Shown here: piece after piece, positions 45,790 to 55,385 of the stretch | How positions within the stretch are numbered: the first letter of the stretch is position 1 | Layout of the letters: each line of letters opens with the position of its first letter | Assembly (NCBI GenBank): GCA_026386845.1 | Contig: JAPLMW010000063.1 | Coordinates: 4,315-68,314 of the forward strand | Length of the DNA: 64,000 nucleotides | Source of the DNA: Phycisphaerae bacterium | GTDB taxonomy: Bacteria; Planctomycetota; Phycisphaerae; Sedimentisphaerales; UBA12454 | Direction of reading: 5' to 3' | Translations under genes and position numbers: made by a program | The notes under the pieces: generated by a model | Databases searched by the model: none | Seen by the model: the letters and a program-made list of their open reading frames with translations, nothing else | What the model was told of the DNA's origin: nothing

Positions 45790-45928
45790 TGTATTAATGC
45801 TCTTTTTTTCTTATATAAGGTTTTGGTTTCGCTGAAGCGAAATATTTACTTTATAACCCAATAGTTCTATATTAATTACGAAGGGTTTTGCTTCAGTAAG
45901 GCTCAGGCTAACCTGAGCCTTTTTTATT
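45790..45928 (+). ncRNA. candidate small RNA (~140 nt), family unknown
   Basis: Bounded by the promoter above and an intrinsic terminator (aaggctcagg-ctaa-cctgagcctt plus TTTTTATT, 45898-45928). No ORF longer than 12 codons. Confidence 0.4.
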
Positions 45929-46081
45929 GCGCTAAAGTCGCCACAAAAATATCCAAATTTTATTTAGACACACAAAGACCACCCTGCTATGCGGCATCTA
46001 AACGTCGAAACAAGAGGCTATTTTATCCGCTTGCAAAAACTCGCTTAAGCTTTAAAATGGCTGCAGAAAGGCAGGTTGTTT

Positions 46082-46765
46082 ATGACCACTCACAAAATCG
46101 GATTCTGGAAGAAAATAAAAAATAATCTCCGCAACCATATTTTTGCGGGGGTACTGCTGATTATGCCGTTTGGGGTTACCCTTCTGGTAATGCAGTGGCT
46201 GTTTGGCTGGATGGCGGGTATTCTGCGACCGACATTCCTGAAAGCTGCCTCGCTGCTGCTGAACAATCCGGCTATATTGACCGAACCCCAACATTATGTG
46301 AGCTTTGCCGTGTCTGTTTTGTCGATTCTGACACTGCTTGCGATCGTATATCTGGTGGGCGTCATCGGACATTATGTATTGGGCAAAAAACTTATCGCGG
46401 TCGGCGAGCTGCTGGTCTCAAAAATTCCATTCGTAGGAACTATATATACCGCAACAAAGCAGGTAATGAGCGCCATTTCGCTTCCCGACAAAGCCGCCTT
46501 CAAATCGGTGGTACTCGTTGACTTTCCACGCACAGGCGTAAAGGCTGTCGGCTTTTTTACGGGCTATATTCAATATTCGACCGGAGAAAAATACTGCAAA
46601 GTCTTTATACCGACCACGCCAAACCCTACGACAGGTTTTTTTGAAATTTTTCCAATTAACGAGGTCACACAAACAAACATCAGTATTGAAGACGCTTTCA
46701 AAATGATTATCTCGGGCGGAATACTTTCGCCGGATATTCTGACACCGACAAAGACTAATCCGTAA
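46082..46765 (+). CDS. DUF502-family membrane protein
   Basis: Two TM helices followed by IPFVGTIY and FIPTTPNPTTGF motifs. Preceded by TTGCAA-N16-TAAAAT. Confidence 0.75.
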   Translation: MTTHKIGFWKKIKNNLRNHIFAGVLLIMPFGVTLLVMQWLFGWMAGILRPTFLKAASLLLNNPAILTEPQHYVSFAVSVLSILTLLAIVYLVGVIGHYVLGKKLIAVGELLVSKIPFVGTIYTATKQVMSAISLPDKAAFKSVVLVDFPRTGVKAVGFFTGYIQYSTGEKYCKVFIPTTPNPTTGFFEIFPINEVTQTNISIEDAFKMIISGGILSPDILTPTKTNP

Positions 46766-46875
46766 AAAAATTCAGAATACAAAAAACAGCCGTAAAGGCA
46801 CTATGACAATTTCGAATTGATGAACCGCCTTCGGCGGAATTATGCTTTTTAAATATTCACCTGTTCAACTTACTA

Positions 46876-48159
46876 CTATTTTGACGCCGCCGGGCCCCAT
46901 ACAAACCAGAGGAATATATAAGCTGCACTTACCGCGGCAAGCGTAAACGGCAGTCCTATTTTTACAAAATCCCCGAACTTCACCTGATAGCCCTCTTTCT
47001 TGAGCATCCCGCAGCCGACAACATTGGCCGAGGCACCTATCGGCGTGATATTGCCGCCAAGACTTGCTCCTATCAGCAAGCCGAACAAAAACAGCGATGG
47101 GTCAACGCCGAGTTTTGTTGAAAGCGAAATAGTAACAGGCAGCATTGCTGCAAGAAAAGGAATGTTATCAATAAAGGCGCTTAACGCCACGGATACAAAA
47201 ACTATAAGTGTATAACCAAAAAAGATATTATTTCCGACAACCCTCGCAAGATTCTCGGCGGCAATTTCTATCCAGCCGGTAACCGTCAGACTGCCCACCA
47301 GTATAAATATACCCATAAGGAAAAACGCTGTGTTCCAGTCGAAAGTTTTGAATGTCTGGCGAATTGAACTGCCGTTGGCCAGCTTGTTGTAGATTATCGA
47401 AACTACGCCGAAACTTATGCAAATCGCGCCGGCACGCCAGGAAGAACCGAATCTCAGAAAAGAAGCCATCGCAAGAGACAATACCATACAGACCAGTAAT
47501 ATCGTCGGCGTCCAGGATTTGACTTTTTCCTGCGATACGGGAGGGTGTTTTTGGGTATGTTTTCTGAAAAACAGGTAAAGGACCACAAATGCGAATACGG
47601 CGCCAATTTCAACAGCGAAAAATATGCTCGGCTTGCCTTTATAAAAGAAGAAATCCCAGAAATTCATTTTCGCAAAGCCCGCAAGCAGCATACTGGGTGA
47701 GTCGCCAATCATCGTAGCCGTGCCCTGCAGGTTGCTCGAAATCGCAACGCCGATAATTACCTTAACGGGACTGAAGTTGAGTTTTTTCGCAATTGCCAGC
47801 GCGATAGGCGCCATAATCATCACCGTCGCGACATTCTCAACAAATGAGGATATGAAACCTGTAAATATACAAACTAAAAGTATCGCCCACGAAGCGCTTT
47901 TCGTCCGGTTGACGATAACCTCCGCCAGCCATGCAGGCACCCTGCTTTCCATAAATATATCCGCGACTATCAGTGTGCCGGTAAATATACCCATCACGTT
48001 CCAGTTTATGGCAAAAAGAGTCTGTTTGAGTGTCATAACTCCGCTGACGATTATCAGCAGACTCGCTATAACACCTATAGCCGTCCTTTTTGCCGGAAGA
48101 AAGATAAAAAGGATATACGCTATAATAAAAAGAGATATTGCTATTGTCTGATGGTTCAT
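46876..48159 (-). CDS. ArsB/NhaD-superfamily anion permease
   Basis: 427-aa polytopic membrane ORF with a duplicated-half architecture. Confidence 0.6.
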   Translation of the reverse strand: MNHQTIAISLFIIAYILFIFLPAKRTAIGVIASLLIIVSGVMTLKQTLFAINWNVMGIFTGTLIVADIFMESRVPAWLAEVIVNRTKSASWAILLVCIFTGFISSFVENVATVMIMAPIALAIAKKLNFSPVKVIIGVAISSNLQGTATMIGDSPSMLLAGFAKMNFWDFFFYKGKPSIFFAVEIGAVFAFVVLYLFFRKHTQKHPPVSQEKVKSWTPTILLVCMVLSLAMASFLRFGSSWRAGAICISFGVVSIIYNKLANGSSIRQTFKTFDWNTAFFLMGIFILVGSLTVTGWIEIAAENLARVVGNNIFFGYTLIVFVSVALSAFIDNIPFLAAMLPVTISLSTKLGVDPSLFLFGLLIGASLGGNITPIGASANVVGCGMLKKEGYQVKFGDFVKIGLPFTLAAVSAAYIFLWFVWGPAASK

Positions 48160-48215
48160 AATAGGCGTAATTTTAGCGGGCCGGAAATTTTACGCAAGAA
48201 AATTCGCAGGCGGAA

Positions 48216-48971
48216 TTACTCTTTCAATTCTCCCGCTAATCGCTTGATAAAACCCTGGTCCTGAATCGCGGCTTTTGCAACCGATACCGCTCCTGCACCG
48301 GCAGCCAATACTTCCTTTGCGCCGTCGAGGCCGGTGATTCCGCCGCCTGCGATTACAAAATCAAATATCTGCGACAGTTTCCTGACAGTTTCAAGCCCCT
48401 GCGGCTCGAAGGCAAGACCGAGATTGGCGTGTATAATCGGAACACCGAGCTGGGCGGCAATTTGGACGCTTTCAATTATATAATCATGCCATACGGAGCC
48501 GGGCTTGAGTATTAAAGGCTTCGTTGTTGCCGACAAAATTTCGCTTACCCATTTTTTAAGGTTATCCCTGTTTTCCGGCATACAGAGTTTGTAGCCAAGG
48601 CTCTGTTTTGTGAAAAATTCCATAGCCGAGTGCACACAAAGAGAAACAAAATCCGCGCCTGCCTCCTCGGCGGCAGCGAGAAAATCCGCCACACTCCTGA
48701 TTTCAGAGCCTATAACGCTTACCGCGACCTTTGCCCCGCTTTGTTTTGCTTTTTCGATATGTTCGTTAAGATATGCCTGATAATTTTTCTTTCCGGGCTT
48801 GAAAATAAACTCCGGCGGATAGTAAATATTCTCGGCGGAATCGACTATATAAGTGCCCATTATGACTATCACAGCGCCCTTGCCGTATCGAGCGCAGAAG
48901 TCTCCGTTGCCATATCCGCCCAACTCGGCAAGAACTACGCCGTTTCGTAAATCCTCAAAAGACTGTTTCAT
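48216..48971 (-). CDS. TIM-barrel protein (NifR3/Dus/DHODH-like), function unknown
   Basis: 251-aa ORF with an alternating beta/alpha pattern and a C-terminal GGGI..G..A...L.AGA phosphate-binding-like motif. Confidence 0.4.
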   Translation of the reverse strand: MKQSFEDLRNGVVLAELGGYGNGDFCARYGKGAVIVIMGTYIVDSAENIYYPPEFIFKPGKKNYQAYLNEHIEKAKQSGAKVAVSVIGSEIRSVADFLAAAEEAGADFVSLCVHSAMEFFTKQSLGYKLCMPENRDNLKKWVSEILSATTKPLILKPGSVWHDYIIESVQIAAQLGVPIIHANLGLAFEPQGLETVRKLSQIFDFVIAGGGITGLDGAKEVLAAGAGAVSVAKAAIQDQGFIKRLAGELKE

Positions 48972-49036
48972 AAGTTCAGTTTAATAACACAAAATCCCTT
49001 TGTCCAGAAAATAAGGCGTGTTCTTTTTATGCTGCA

Positions 49037-49267
49037 CTAATCGGTTTTTTCTAATTTATTTGCCATTGCGGCAAAGAGGATATGTCTGAGACGCTCAACC
49101 GTCAGCCCCCTGAGGTAATCGTCTGTGAAATCGAGCCTGAATGTGCCTTTGAAATTTCTGATTCCTCTTTCTACCTCGCTCCTGCCGAGCGATGCTATAT
49201 GACTTGCCAGCTTTTCAAGGTTTCTTTCCATGTCCGTTTGCCTTTTTCCCTGAAATACCTTTGTCAC
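49037..49267 (-). CDS. small hypothetical protein
   Basis: 76-aa ORF in an otherwise empty gap. No family recognised. Confidence 0.3.
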   Translation of the reverse strand: MTKVFQGKRQTDMERNLEKLASHIASLGRSEVERGIRNFKGTFRLDFTDDYLRGLTVERLRHILFAAMANKLEKTD

Positions 49268-49418
49268 CTTTTATCGGATTTAATGGCCGGCAACTGCCTT
49301 TGAGAAAAATGTTTATAAAAAAAATGCCCGCTGCCGCAAAGAAAACAAATAATTTTTTTTTGTCATTTTCCCAAACGTCTGATAATTTATCTATACTTTA
49401 TAGTGAGTCTGTAGAACT

Positions 49419-50468
49419 ATGGAAATCGAAAAGCTTAATTACCATCTGCCGCCGGAGCTTATTGCTCAAAAGCCCGCGCCAAAACGGGACGGCAGCAGAC
49501 TGCTCGTGCTGAACCGCTCGGCCGGGGCTGTAATAGACGATAATTTCAGTAATATATGCGGCTATCTGCGTAAAGGCGACTGTCTCGTCATAAATAACAC
49601 AAAAGTCCTGCCGGCAAAGTTCTTTGCGCAAAAAACCAGCGGCGCTGAAATCGAAGGTCTTTTCCTTTCGCAAAATACGCCGGATACATGGCTCGTTCTG
49701 CTGAAAAACTCGTCACGTATAAAAGAAGGCCAAACTTTACATCTGCTCGACAGGAATAAAAAACCTTTTTGTCCTGCTCATATAGAAAAAAAACTTTCCG
49801 AAGGCCAATGGCTTTTGAAGCCTGACAGTTCCTCTGCCGCCGAAGAAATTTTAGGCGATATCGGTTTCGCCCCCCTGCCGCCCTACATAAAAAGACCTGC
49901 GCCGCAAACCGAACATAAAACTGATTCAGAACGTTATCAGACGGTATATGCAAGTCTTAACGGTGCTATCGCCGCTCCGACCGCAGGCCTCCATTTCACT
50001 GAAAAACTTCTCGAACAAATCAGGGCAAAAGGTGTTTCAATCGCTCAGCTTACCCTCCACGTGGGCGTCGGCACTTTCCTGCCTGTTAAAACTGAAACTC
50101 TCGAAGAACACAAAATCCACAGTGAATGGTTTTCGCTCGATAAGGAAAACGCGGATATTATCAACAAAACTATCCAGGCCGGCGGCCGCATTATCGCCGT
50201 CGGCACTACAACTGTCAGAACCCTTGAAACTATCGCAATCGGCAGAAGCGTAAAACCCGCAAGCGGACAAACAAATCTTTTTATAACCCCCGGCTTTGAA
50301 TTTAAAATTACAGATTGCGTCATTACTAATTTTCATCTGCCCAAATCAACCCTGCTCGCTCTTGTGGCGGCCTTCGCGGGGCTGGACAAAATCCTCGCTG
50401 CTTACAGATATGCAATCGAACAAAAATACCGTTTCTATTCCTACGGCGACTGTATGCTGATTGCTTAA
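49419..50468 (+). CDS. queA: S-adenosylmethionine:tRNA ribosyltransferase-isomerase
   Basis: 349-aa ORF with YHLPPELIAQ, the PTAGLHFT motif and GTTTVRTLE. Confidence 0.95.
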   Translation: MEIEKLNYHLPPELIAQKPAPKRDGSRLLVLNRSAGAVIDDNFSNICGYLRKGDCLVINNTKVLPAKFFAQKTSGAEIEGLFLSQNTPDTWLVLLKNSSRIKEGQTLHLLDRNKKPFCPAHIEKKLSEGQWLLKPDSSSAAEEILGDIGFAPLPPYIKRPAPQTEHKTDSERYQTVYASLNGAIAAPTAGLHFTEKLLEQIRAKGVSIAQLTLHVGVGTFLPVKTETLEEHKIHSEWFSLDKENADIINKTIQAGGRIIAVGTTTVRTLETIAIGRSVKPASGQTNLFITPGFEFKITDCVITNFHLPKSTLLALVAAFAGLDKILAAYRYAIEQKYRFYSYGDCMLIA

Positions 50469-50635
50469 ATACTGCAAAATCCTATAATATAAGCGTTTAT
50501 AGCAAAATATCCGCCTGTGCGATTAACATACCTAATTTTTTATCTGGAATTAAAAGTTATTGCTTCAACAATAAAGGCCGATATAATAAGCGACTTATAA
50601 ATTTTAATTTTTCATTTTATAAGGCTGCTTAATAT

Positions 50636-51094
50636 ATGGTGCTTACTCAGATACTTGAATTGCAATGCGTAAAAGTTCCGCTCGAGGGCAAGGATAAGGA
50701 ATCGGCAATAACGGAACTGGTGGATCTTCTCGACGCCGGCAAACTGCTCACGGATAAAAATGATGTGCTGCAGGCTGTATTGAGCAGAGAGAGCACAAGA
50801 AGCACCGGCATCGGCTCCGGCATTGCGATACCTCATGGCAAATGCAAAGGCATCAAGGACCTTGTGATGGCTATCGGCATTTCACGTCAGGGTATTGACT
50901 TTCAGAGTATTGATGGTAAGCCGGTACACATAATTGTGCTTCTCGTTTCGCCGATTGACAGAACCGGCCCGCACATTCAGGCACTTGCGAGAATCAGCAG
51001 ATTGATGCTTGACGAGGATTTTAAAAATAAACTGCAGAACTCCAAATCATCTCAGGAACTTTACGATTTAATTAACGACAAAGAAGCGGAATAA
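50636..51094 (+). CDS. ptsN: PTS EIIA(Ntr)-type protein
   Basis: 152-aa ORF with GIAIPHGK containing the phosphorylatable His. Confidence 0.8.
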   Translation: MVLTQILELQCVKVPLEGKDKESAITELVDLLDAGKLLTDKNDVLQAVLSRESTRSTGIGSGIAIPHGKCKGIKDLVMAIGISRQGIDFQSIDGKPVHIIVLLVSPIDRTGPHIQALARISRLMLDEDFKNKLQNSKSSQELYDLINDKEAE

Positions 51095-51149
51095 ACCGCT
51101 GTAGTCAAAAAAACAACCGCCGCGATACAACTTATAAAAATTCTGTTCA

Positions 51150-51716
51150 TTATTGAACTTTCTTTAAAGCAACCTTTGGCGCATAGTTGAATTTCTGGCC
51201 GCCCAGCGATGCGTCAACCATTACACCTGCCTCTGTCATAATAAATACAGCCATGCCGTCCTTATAATCCGCTTTCGCGGCCGCACCCCAGACAATAGCC
51301 ACACCCGTTACCTGTGCGGCAAACGTATATTCGTCAGTCTTGAACTTGTCCAAATCTTGCTTGTCTCTGAAAAAGATTATCTCACGGAAAAATTCGCCGC
51401 CGACCGACAGTCCGCCGCTTAGCTGTGTTATATCGCAGTAGCCGACCATTGTTCCCTGCTCATAGACTTCGCCTTTGCCGTAAGCTCCGCCCGCCAAAAG
51501 AGCAACCTTAAAAATCTTAGGCAGCACCGCGTATCCGTAGGATTTATCAAAGAATTTCTGGATGCTCTTGTCCTTTGCCTTCATAACAGCGATTGCTTTA
51601 TCCACATCTGATGACAATACCGCCTTGTCTTCCGGCTTCTTCGGCTCAACAGCGCATCCGCAGGCCATCAACATTACAACAAAAAAACACATTAAACCAA
51701 TTTTTGCCGTTTTCAT
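51150..51716 (-). CDS. SYLF (DUF500/YSC84-like) lipid-binding lipoprotein
   Basis: 188-aa ORF with a lipobox (LMACGC) and the SYLF pattern (GGAYGKGEV...GGLSVGG). Confidence 0.7.
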   Translation of the reverse strand: MKTAKIGLMCFFVVMLMACGCAVEPKKPEDKAVLSSDVDKAIAVMKAKDKSIQKFFDKSYGYAVLPKIFKVALLAGGAYGKGEVYEQGTMVGYCDITQLSGGLSVGGEFFREIIFFRDKQDLDKFKTDEYTFAAQVTGVAIVWGAAAKADYKDGMAVFIMTEAGVMVDASLGGQKFNYAPKVALKKVQ

Positions 51717-51827
51717 CCCGCACCTTCTTTCTTATTCAATTTATTTTGAATCTGATTAAATTATTATTCGACTATTCTGCAAAGCCCGCATCTTTTCGAA
51801 ATTTGAGATTTCAGAGAAGATGCGGGA
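51714..51827 (-). promoter_or_regulatory. three-element SD / decoy / anti-SD leader
   Basis: On the minus-strand mRNA, tcccgcatcttct (complement of 51815-51827) can pair with either aagatgcggg (51785-51794) or the SD-start block agaaggtgcgggatg (51714-51728). Confidence 0.35.
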
Positions 51828-51914
51828 TTCATTTTTTGTCCCCTTACCAAAAAGATTCTTTTAATAATATACTTTAGTAATAATATCGCAATATTATTAT
51901 ATTATTCGGCTGAT

Positions 51915-52367
51915 TCAAAACTTATTTATGCCGTTCTTTTTCAAACGCCTGCATGAATACAACAATATAAGGGCTAAAGAATATAATGCCATCCAATGCC
52001 CTGAAAAACCACGAAAATTATTGCTCGCTATGGCTGAGCTGGTAAAATACTTCCTGGAAATAAAAAAAATAAAGCCAGCAAAGGCATACATAATAAAAAA
52101 ACCTGTCATAACTGACATCCATCGGGGGCAAACACCTAACATGGTATTCTTGAAATCAGTTGTACTGATTCCGCTCCGCATCTTATAGGAGATAATACAC
52201 GCAGGATAAATTACAACTAAAATACCTATATAAATCAGAGTAATTACTTCTTTTGAAGGACTATAAATGTTAAAGAGCGAACAAAGATGAATAACAAAAC
52301 TTAGTGCTACCCCTGCTGCAGAAATAAAAATTAATAACAACAACCCAATATCTCCAAGAATAACCAT
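51915..52367 (-). CDS. hypothetical membrane protein
   Basis: 150-aa ORF with four TM helices. Confidence 0.4.
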   Translation of the reverse strand: MVILGDIGLLLLIFISAAGVALSFVIHLCSLFNIYSPSKEVITLIYIGILVVIYPACIISYKMRSGISTTDFKNTMLGVCPRWMSVMTGFFIMYAFAGFIFFISRKYFTSSAIASNNFRGFSGHWMALYSLALILLYSCRRLKKNGINKF

Positions 52368-52405
52368 AGATAGCCACCTGATTTTTAAATTTTTAGCTTT
52401 TAGCT

Positions 52406-53368
52406 TTAACTTTTAAGTTTTTGTGTCATTGCCTTTATATGGGCAGGCGTAGTTCCGCAACAGCCGCCGATTAGTGTCGCCCCTGCGTTATGAATCTTAT
52501 CAAGCCAGTCGGCGAAATCCTTATCGGAAAGTTTATATACCGCTTTTCCATCAACCAATTCCGGCTTTCCGCCGTTGGGTTTTGCTAAAAGCGCGATATG
52601 TTTAGCTGTCGCCGGCACGGCGACGTCGGACAACAATTTAGCGAACTTCTCTGTCAAAGCAAAATACTGTTCCATCTTTAATGTGCCGCAGTTAAAACCA
52701 ATTGCGCTAGCGCCCAGAGCCGAAAATTCAGATACAACCGTTTCGACACTTACACCCATCATTGTTCTAAAATCGCTGCCAGCCTGTGGTGAGCCTGCCT
52801 GCACTGAGCTTTGTCGGGGTGCCGAACCCACCGCATCGAAAGCAAGTGATACAAACACCGGAAGACTGCAAACCGATTTAACGGCCTCTGCGGCGACCTT
52901 AGCCTCGTCAAGTGCCATAAATGTTTCAACTATAAAACCATCCACACCGGCCTCACAAAGGGCTTTTGCCTGTCTGGCGTAAGCGTTTTTAAGGACATCC
53001 GGCTCAAGAGCCCCCAGCGGCTTTAAAAAATCTCCGCTCGGCCCTATATCGCCTATAACGTATTTATCTTTGCCTGTCGCCTGTTTTGCAATCTTTACTG
53101 CAGCAGCGTTTATTTGTTCGACCTTATCGGCTAATCCGTGCCGGGCCAGTGTAATTTCATTTGCGCCGAACGTATTTGTATAAACCGCATCGCTGCCGGC
53201 CTGAATATATGAGCGGTGAATATCCAATATAATCTGCGGCGATTCGATATTGAGCATCTCATTGCATTTACCTGATTCAATCCCGCGAGCCATTAACTGC
53301 GTGCCCATTGCGCCATCGAGGAATAAAAGTCCTTCTGTGAGTTTTTGCTTGAGACTTTTTTTCGCCAT
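52406..53368 (-). CDS. homocysteine S-methyltransferase-domain protein
   Basis: 320-aa ORF with LDGAMGTQL and GGCCGTTP motifs. Contains a repeat-derived insert (52781-52834). Confidence 0.85.
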   Translation of the reverse strand: MAKKSLKQKLTEGLLFLDGAMGTQLMARGIESGKCNEMLNIESPQIILDIHRSYIQAGSDAVYTNTFGANEITLARHGLADKVEQINAAAVKIAKQATGKDKYVIGDIGPSGDFLKPLGALEPDVLKNAYARQAKALCEAGVDGFIVETFMALDEAKVAAEAVKSVCSLPVFVSLAFDAVGSAPRQSSVQAGSPQAGSDFRTMMGVSVETVVSEFSALGASAIGFNCGTLKMEQYFALTEKFAKLLSDVAVPATAKHIALLAKPNGGKPELVDGKAVYKLSDKDFADWLDKIHNAGATLIGGCCGTTPAHIKAMTQKLKS

Positions 53369-54276
53369 TATTTTGCCTCCTTTTTGATGTTATTTGCGTC
53401 AGGCGGACTGAACAACGCCTTTAACTGCTCAGGATTTGCCTGCCACAACTTAACAGAGTCAAGTTTTATCTGCATAAGGTTGCTGCGATTTTGTCCGTCA
53501 AAATGCCTGTAAACCAGCTTGTGCGGAAAAGAAAAACCTGCTTGCGCCACAGTTTTATATTCATCCAGTTCGGCAGTAAGAACCAGATTGCCGGAGCAGT
53601 TCAGATATTCTACTTTTTTTACAAAATGCCCGCAGCAGTCTATAAAAATTTTCTTAGCCTTGCAGAGGCCGCTGTCCCTGCAAACCAATATATTACAGCT
53701 GCCGTAAGGCATCCCCAAGCGGACTTTTTCAGACTTGTCCGCCATAGCCGGTTCCTTCGTAACCTTGTGAAGTAGGATGGCGTCGGCGGAATCCGCCATA
53801 TACAGGCTGTTACAGTCAGCACTGACCGGCTCTAAAAAATCAACCAAAACGAGCGGATTGGAAAAATAATCATCGGCTGCTGTATTAATTTGGCCTTTGA
53901 TATACATCCCGAATGGTTTAGCGTAAGTCCAGTATTCATTGCCCGTTACAGCAAAACACACTCCCCTGGGGTCGAACATTACATCGCCGTAAAGGCAGAA
54001 TTTCCTGCTCGTTTGGAACCAGATTCTTACCGGAAACGATTGCGCGAATTTCTCTCCTTTTTCATTCGTGTAGCTCAGCATGCAGTTGCCGGTAGCTTTT
54101 AGCGGTTTTAGATTGGCTGAATACTCTTTTAAAACCGCCGTTGCCTCGTCTGCCGTTGCCAATGGCGGACAGCTTCGCTTCTGAGCCGCGCAGCCGGCCA
54201 GAAAAATCGAGCAGAGAAATAAAAAAAATAATCCGCCAATAGCCTGCCGGAGCAGGGATGTTTTATTCATTAACAC
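53368..54276 (-). CDS. hypothetical lipoprotein
   Basis: 302-aa ORF with a signal peptide and lipobox (FLAGC). 1-nt overlap with the downstream gene. Confidence 0.5.
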   Translation of the reverse strand: MLMNKTSLLRQAIGGLFFLFLCSIFLAGCAAQKRSCPPLATADEATAVLKEYSANLKPLKATGNCMLSYTNEKGEKFAQSFPVRIWFQTSRKFCLYGDVMFDPRGVCFAVTGNEYWTYAKPFGMYIKGQINTAADDYFSNPLVLVDFLEPVSADCNSLYMADSADAILLHKVTKEPAMADKSEKVRLGMPYGSCNILVCRDSGLCKAKKIFIDCCGHFVKKVEYLNCSGNLVLTAELDEYKTVAQAGFSFPHKLVYRHFDGQNRSNLMQIKLDSVKLWQANPEQLKALFSPPDANNIKKEAK

Positions 54277-54346
54277 AAATTAACCGACTTGTAACTTTAA
54301 GGGTATATAAATTCATTTCATATATATTAAAACAATTATCGACAAT

Positions 54347-54427
54347 CCCCCCTGTCCCCCTCTCTTGTTTGGCCTGCCCCCGCATCTCCCGATGCGAATC
54401 GGGGCGGCGGGCAAGAAGCAGAGGGGG
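54347..54427 (-). repeat. ~80-bp nested-hairpin dispersed repeat, intergenic copy
   Basis: The reverse complement matches 32756-32831. Confidence 0.8.
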
Positions 54428-54499
54428 CTGCAGAGGATGGAAGCCGACTTCATAAAACTAACGGCTAACAACTAAATCTATAGGCAGCCGGTTTTCTTT

Positions 54500-55195
54500 C
54501 TAATAGCGTTTTTTCCTTAATTCCTCAATATACTTTGCCGCGGCATCTTTACCGCCTAATCCGAACGCAAGAGCCAAAGCAAAGACAATGCCGCCAAGGA
54601 TAATATTGAAGGTCGCGGACACCAGAAGCGGTGCAATACCAAGCTGTTCCAGTGCAATAGTTACTGCGAAAATTATAATCGCCCATCGGCTTATGCCGGC
54701 AAATATCCCCGGCTTAGGCAAATTGGCATTGGCTGCTGCCGTGCGAACTATTCCTGACACAAAGCTGGCCAAAAACATAGCAACTATCAGAACAAGCAGG
54801 GCCGCTATGACATTCGGGACGTAAGCAAATAAACTTGTAAGAACATCGGAAGCCTTGGGCAAACCTAATGCATCAACTGTCATCACCAAAACCATAATCA
54901 TAATCAGCCAATAAACTATGCTGCTTACCACCTCTCTGGCGGAAGTTTTCAAATCGCCCTTCTTGAGAATTTCCGATATGCCCGCCTTATCCGCCAGCGC
55001 ATCGAAACGTATTAACTTAAGCAGCCAGTCAACTAATCGTTTGATTGCCTTGGCCACAATCCAGCCTACTATCAGAATAATCAACGCGCCAAGCAGGACA
55101 GGAAGATAGGCTAATATCCTGGTCAACATTTGGCGAACCGGCTCAACAATAAGATTTCCCCATTCGATTACAGCTAACATTTTTAGTACCTCCAC
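54500..55195 (-). CDS. membrane protein with conserved TM-helix repeats (mechanosensitive-channel N-terminal-like)
   Basis: 231-aa ORF with repeated TM hairpins and G/A-rich motifs. Confidence 0.5.
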   Translation of the reverse strand: MEVLKMLAVIEWGNLIVEPVRQMLTRILAYLPVLLGALIILIVGWIVAKAIKRLVDWLLKLIRFDALADKAGISEILKKGDLKTSAREVVSSIVYWLIMIMVLVMTVDALGLPKASDVLTSLFAYVPNVIAALLVLIVAMFLASFVSGIVRTAAANANLPKPGIFAGISRWAIIIFAVTIALEQLGIAPLLVSATFNIILGGIVFALALAFGLGGKDAAAKYIEELRKKRY

Positions 55196-55385
55196 AATAA
55201 ATTGTCAATATTGAACGCTTGTATTTTCACTTCTCAACCTCTTCTCGCTCTTCTTGCTCTTCCCCTAAAAATCAATTTGCATTAATTATCTAACTAACAT
55301 ACGAAGGCCGATATGTCAATCCCGTTTTTTTGTGTTTTTATCAAAAAAACATCCTTCACTTTTCGAACAAAAATGCGGCCTGCCG

